A stretch of DNA of 63,304 nt, the filler included, from Collodictyon triciliatum (lineage: Eukaryota), in assembly GCA_043381765.1 (NCBI GenBank). It is 5 parts of 5 records of this genome, joined end to end, with 100 filler letters (N's around TTAATTAATTAA, not from the genome) between each part and the next. Parts side by side here need not be neighbours in the genome. Positions count along the whole stretch, not along the records: positions 53,023 to 63,304 come from JBHJMP010002110.1; 4 more parts are not named here. The stretch is one strand, 5' to 3'. The translations under genes were made by a program, and so were the position numbers. The notes below the pieces were generated by a model. That model did not search any database, was not told where the DNA came from, and worked only from the letters and a program-made list of their open reading frames with translations. Positions within the stretch are counted from its first letter, which is position 1; each line of letters starts with the position of its first letter. Positions 59,388 through 63,304 of the stretch are shown piece by piece.

Positions 59388-60590
59388 TCAGTTCAGCAGC
59401 GACAGAAGAACGGCGATGGACACAACGGTCAGGAATGGAAAGTACGTCTTGATAAATCCTGAAACACTATGACACACAGGACAGTCACTCTACTGTGTTT
59501 TTTCTTTTCCTTCGGTTGGGTCAGAGATATATATGTGCATGCGACACAGTCGGGCGTCTTGAGGCGCGTTACGCCGAGATTTGTTGGGTGGTTGGAAGGC
59601 TGGCATAATACAAAGGTCTTCTTTATGTGACAAAAGACTTACTCAATTATGAAAGAAATCAAACAAACCCGGTATATTTTCCGTGAAACAGCAACAGCAA
59701 TGCGAGGTGAACCTGATTCCAGTTCTTCTTGCCATCGTATTGCATCTGGTTCATGGCAGTAATGACGTGGTGGTGGCAATTGTTGATGCAGATGTTGTGC
59801 TATCGGAGTTTGAAAAAATGCAGATAAATTGCATCCAAGAAAAATAGGAATGAAAATTAAAATGTGTTAAAGAAATAGTTACAAAACAAGACGATTTTAG
59901 TGAAGAGACACCATGACTTGACGCTTGATTTTTGGTGATGGGCTTTGTTTACCATAGTCTTTTCGAATTCGTCACAGGATGCAAGAACACCAGCATTATA
60001 GTTTCGAGCACCTCCCTCTACTTTGCTCAGGTCTAGCTGCCAATATCTGTGTGGATGTAAGTAACTATCTGTGCGTTGGAAAACATGGAATCTTGATATT
60101 AATTTCGTATTTACTTTGTGGGTCTCCCAAACGCCATGTTGTCAACCTACACAAGAGTGCTCAATATACATTTTTTTGTTTTGTTCTTGTGAAGGCGCTA
60201 CATACATACACATACACACAAAAAAAAAGGGAAAAGAAAGGCCGACTTACACCGATGTAGTAAGGCCCACCAAAATCGTATATGATGCCCTTTGTATTTG
60301 CTATTCCCACGTGTCCTATGAACGGGATAAACCACCTATGTGCGATGCTTGACATTATTGTGCTGGTTTCTGCATCTCGCTTGTAAAGTTGAAGGGGACA
60401 CACGCACGAGGGTAGTGTGAGGGGATGATGAGCAGCAGAAGGGTGGCACAGACGAGAGCACAGGGAGCGGAGTCCAGACCACGCAGTGGGGGAAGCGATC
60501 TTTCCCTATGTCCAACTTTCCTGTCTCGACCTCACCAGACTCTATGTCAAACAGAGGGTCGTCTACGCTGTCCCGTCCCGTTTTTGCCAT
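59388..60590 (-). CDS. TMEM222: TMEM222 / RTE1-like (DUF778) membrane protein, multi-exon
   Basis: DRFPHCVVWTPLPVLS|WFIPFIGHVGIANTKGIIYDFGGPYYIG|VDNMAFGRPTK..HNICINNCHHHV..GFIKTYFPFL. Confidence 0.9.
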
Positions 60591-61329
60591 TCGGCGACTC
60601 TTTGAAGATAAAAGGCAGAAAAAAAGAAAAGAAAGGGGATATCCGGAGAAAACAAAAGAGTAAAAAAGAGAGTCGTTAGCCAGCGTCTCTGCAATGGAAG
60701 AAAATACTGAGCTGTGTGCAGGGATGAGTCGGCATGGTGTGAGGCACCACAGGACAGATGCAGAGAACTTCATCGTTTGTGAACACAAGCCAGCCATCTT
60801 TTGCCAGGATGAAAAGTGGGTTTGTTGTGGGTAGTAAGCTACTTTGTATTGTTGGGCAGTTTCTTGCATGTGTGGGCACGGGCGTTGATCTCGGGTCTGC
60901 TCTGGCCGGTGTCTCCCAAGGGCTACTTCCTCCGCTTTTGTCTGTTGCTACACCGACCAGTAGCCAAGCATCAGACAACCCGCACGTTGGATTCATACGA
61001 GACGCCTTAGGGTTCGGACAAGACCCCAACGCGAAAGAAAGCTTGCTGTCAACCGGGCAGGCCTCCCAGGCCGTGATCTCCGCCCAATAAATCACAACTC
61101 CCCACCGCTCTGTTCCATGTCGCGCAGAAGAGTTGCTGAGGAGGCAGGCGCCGCCTTCAAAACTGTCTGCGTGGCACTTAAGCAGCCAGACAAACCCGGC
61201 CCTGCGCTCGCGGTCCGGCCGGGGAAAACACTGGACACTCTCACACCCCAGCGTCCACCTTGCTTCTGACTCTCACCTTTTCGACTGCACGTGGCAGAGA
61301 TCGTGCACCTGCCGCAGACTCTCGGGAGA

Positions 61330-63187
61330 ATGTCTGTCAATGCAAACGAGCTCGCAGGATTGTCTGTCTCGGCCTCTGGGATCGCCCTCTCTGGGCTTCT
61401 TCTGCAGACCACCCACGACAGCCACTCAAAGGTGAGTGACGCCTCTTCCCCACGCACAAACAGTCATATGCGTCGGCGCAGAAGCCGAGCAGTGCGTTTG
61501 CCGGGACGCCTTCGCTTGGGATTCACTCCCCAAACACAAGAGCTTGCACTTGGTTTCATATTCCACATACATTTCATAAGGATACATTAGTTGCAAACAA
61601 GGCTGCATTCGCACCGGCATTATTCTTCTTTTTCCCCCCACCTTCTTTTCGTGTGTGCACATGTGGAAGGGTTTGTAAAGACCATAAAGTCATCATACTT
61701 GAGCAGGGCTACGGCAGAGTAGGCCTTATTCACGGAGCATTCAGCACGGAAGAATTCAAAGTTAAAGCTAGTGATTCTCGCCACCAAGAGATGCGCTTGT
61801 CAAAGAGTAGCGCAGGTTTGGCGTTAGCAGAGAGCCACACGCATGATTATTGATACGTGGCTGTAATGTGTGGTTTTTCGTATATTTTTATTTTTATTTT
61901 ATACCAAGACCAGAAAGACCATTTAACTTAAAATTTCATCAAAGTTTTATTGGCGATTAACTTTTTTTTTGTTGAGATGTTTTAATATATGTGCGATGGG
62001 AAGCCATATATCCTAACAACCTGCTTATTATTGTGTATAGCCATTCACCATTTCCAGGTCCTTCCAAATGATACATTGCTTAAATCAGACGGCTCTGTTG
62101 ACAAAACACTGCTCTCTGAAAGCAACTTAGGCACTGTAAAATTTTTTCATCTTTTTGATCTTTACAAAGGTCTTTTGAATAAAAAAAACTTTACCACTTC
62201 ATCACGCATTTGTGAAAAAGTGTATTCATCAGGAAACATGCCTTAATTTTTTTATTCTACAATCATAATTCTGTTAAATACATTCATTTATCAACTGGAA
62301 TACGATCAGATCGACAAATAAGTTCACATTACACGCCATTTATTTTTTACTGCGCGATAGGTCATTGGATGGTACAGAATTCGCCACGGAATGCCTCTTC
62401 GACCCACTCTCCATGAATATCAAACACATTTGGTATTGGCCGAGTTCTTTGGTGCAACTCAGAAAGAGAACCCCCATACCAGCTTCTTGTATGCACTTTC
62501 ATCAGAAGTTTCAAATGAAGAGCTGCAGTCAAAGTCTGTCGACTACAGATTCATGACTTTTGACGCAGATATTAAGTGAGTTTTTGCCCCTAGAAAAATT
62601 TTACTGTAATAGAGCATTTAATGCAAGTATAGCCAAAATCAGTTGAAGGATGTGTTTTTCTTCAAACTTGAACGACTTGATTTTCTATTTTTTAACGCAT
62701 ATCTATAATAAAATACTTTAAAAGGAGCTTCAAGTATATCAGGTTGGAAATCCAGAACCTATCTCAAAGCGCTGTTGCCCATCAAGAAAACTTTAGTGCA
62801 TTCATACCGCCAACTCATCTATCTGGTTTAAGTGTACTTGGAAAAACGTAATATGTTTTCCTGTTATCACGAAGTAATTTTTCATGTAGTACGAGCTGTG
62901 CTTAGAAGCAACTTGCCTTTTTTTCTTTTAAAAAAAAAACGCGCGCAGAATGACACAGCTTATCGAGGAGGCAAAGGAAGCCGCGCTCTTATCTGCAAGG
63001 AGAATGGACGGTGTCTTGGACTCTGCATTTTCAGTAATGAAAGTAAGGTCTTCTATTTTCTTTTAGATGACTGTTTTCCTACGCCGTAGTAATTTTGTTT
63101 TTGTAATAGAATTTAATATCTGAGGAAGAAAGTTTGTGCGCGGAAGAGGCCAAATTACTGAAACTACTCCAAGAACTTAAACAGTAG
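61330..63187 (+). CDS. Abraxas/ABRO1 (FAM175) family MPN- domain plus coiled-coil protein, multi-exon
   Basis: SVSASGIALSGLLLQ..VGLIHG..KASDS..DGSVDKTLL..VIGWYRIRHG..LHEYQTHL..FLYAL..SVDYRF..LEIQNL follows the Abraxas MPN- motif order. It ends with the coiled coil EEESLCAEEAKLLKLLQELKQ*. Confidence 0.7.
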
Positions 63188-63304
63188 TTTTTTTGATTTG
63201 ATGATTTCCTTTTGTTCCTTTCCTTTCCTTTTTCAAAAAAAAAAAAAAAACAACTTGGAAATCTAAAGAAAAAAAAGAGACGCGAAAGGAATAATAAATA
63301 ACTA

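Noticed and set aside
60676-61290. GC-rich short ORFs between TMEM222 and the Abraxas-like gene
   Set aside because: No recognisable motifs or consistent splice model. Likely a divergent promoter or UTR region, though an extra exon cannot be excluded.

Overview
Eukaryotic genomic DNA, most likely a unicellular eukaryote (standard code, AT-rich short GT-AG introns, many microsatellites). The species cannot be determined from the sequence. The window is five unrelated contigs (1-13166, 13267-26424, 26525-39682, 39783-52922, 53023-end) joined by artificial N44-TTAATTAATTAA-N44 spacers, so neighbourhood across spacers means nothing. Gene models were spliced by hand. Housekeeping-type genes: a large coiled-coil protein with a TQT-motif cluster, a 77-aa four-exon microprotein, a GT92 glycosyltransferase, TAF5, a TPR protein ending in CaaX, an Asteroid/FAM120-like 3' fragment, a TBC Rab-GAP, TMEM222/RTE1 and an Abraxas/ABRO1-like gene. 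The most notable signals are as follows. (1) Two paralogous NLR-like STAND genes with the architecture calponin homology - DUF4062 - NACHT-type NTPase - TPR; one is fused to an intronless pentapeptide + 7xWD40 + Sel1 module. (2) A predicted type I membrane protein whose ectodomain is about 20 WD40 repeats. (3) A spliced kinase-Sel1 fusion. (4) A family of 17-30 bp poly(A)-tailed micro-insertions with 12-18 bp target-site duplications, plus a decayed LINE ORF1-like element.
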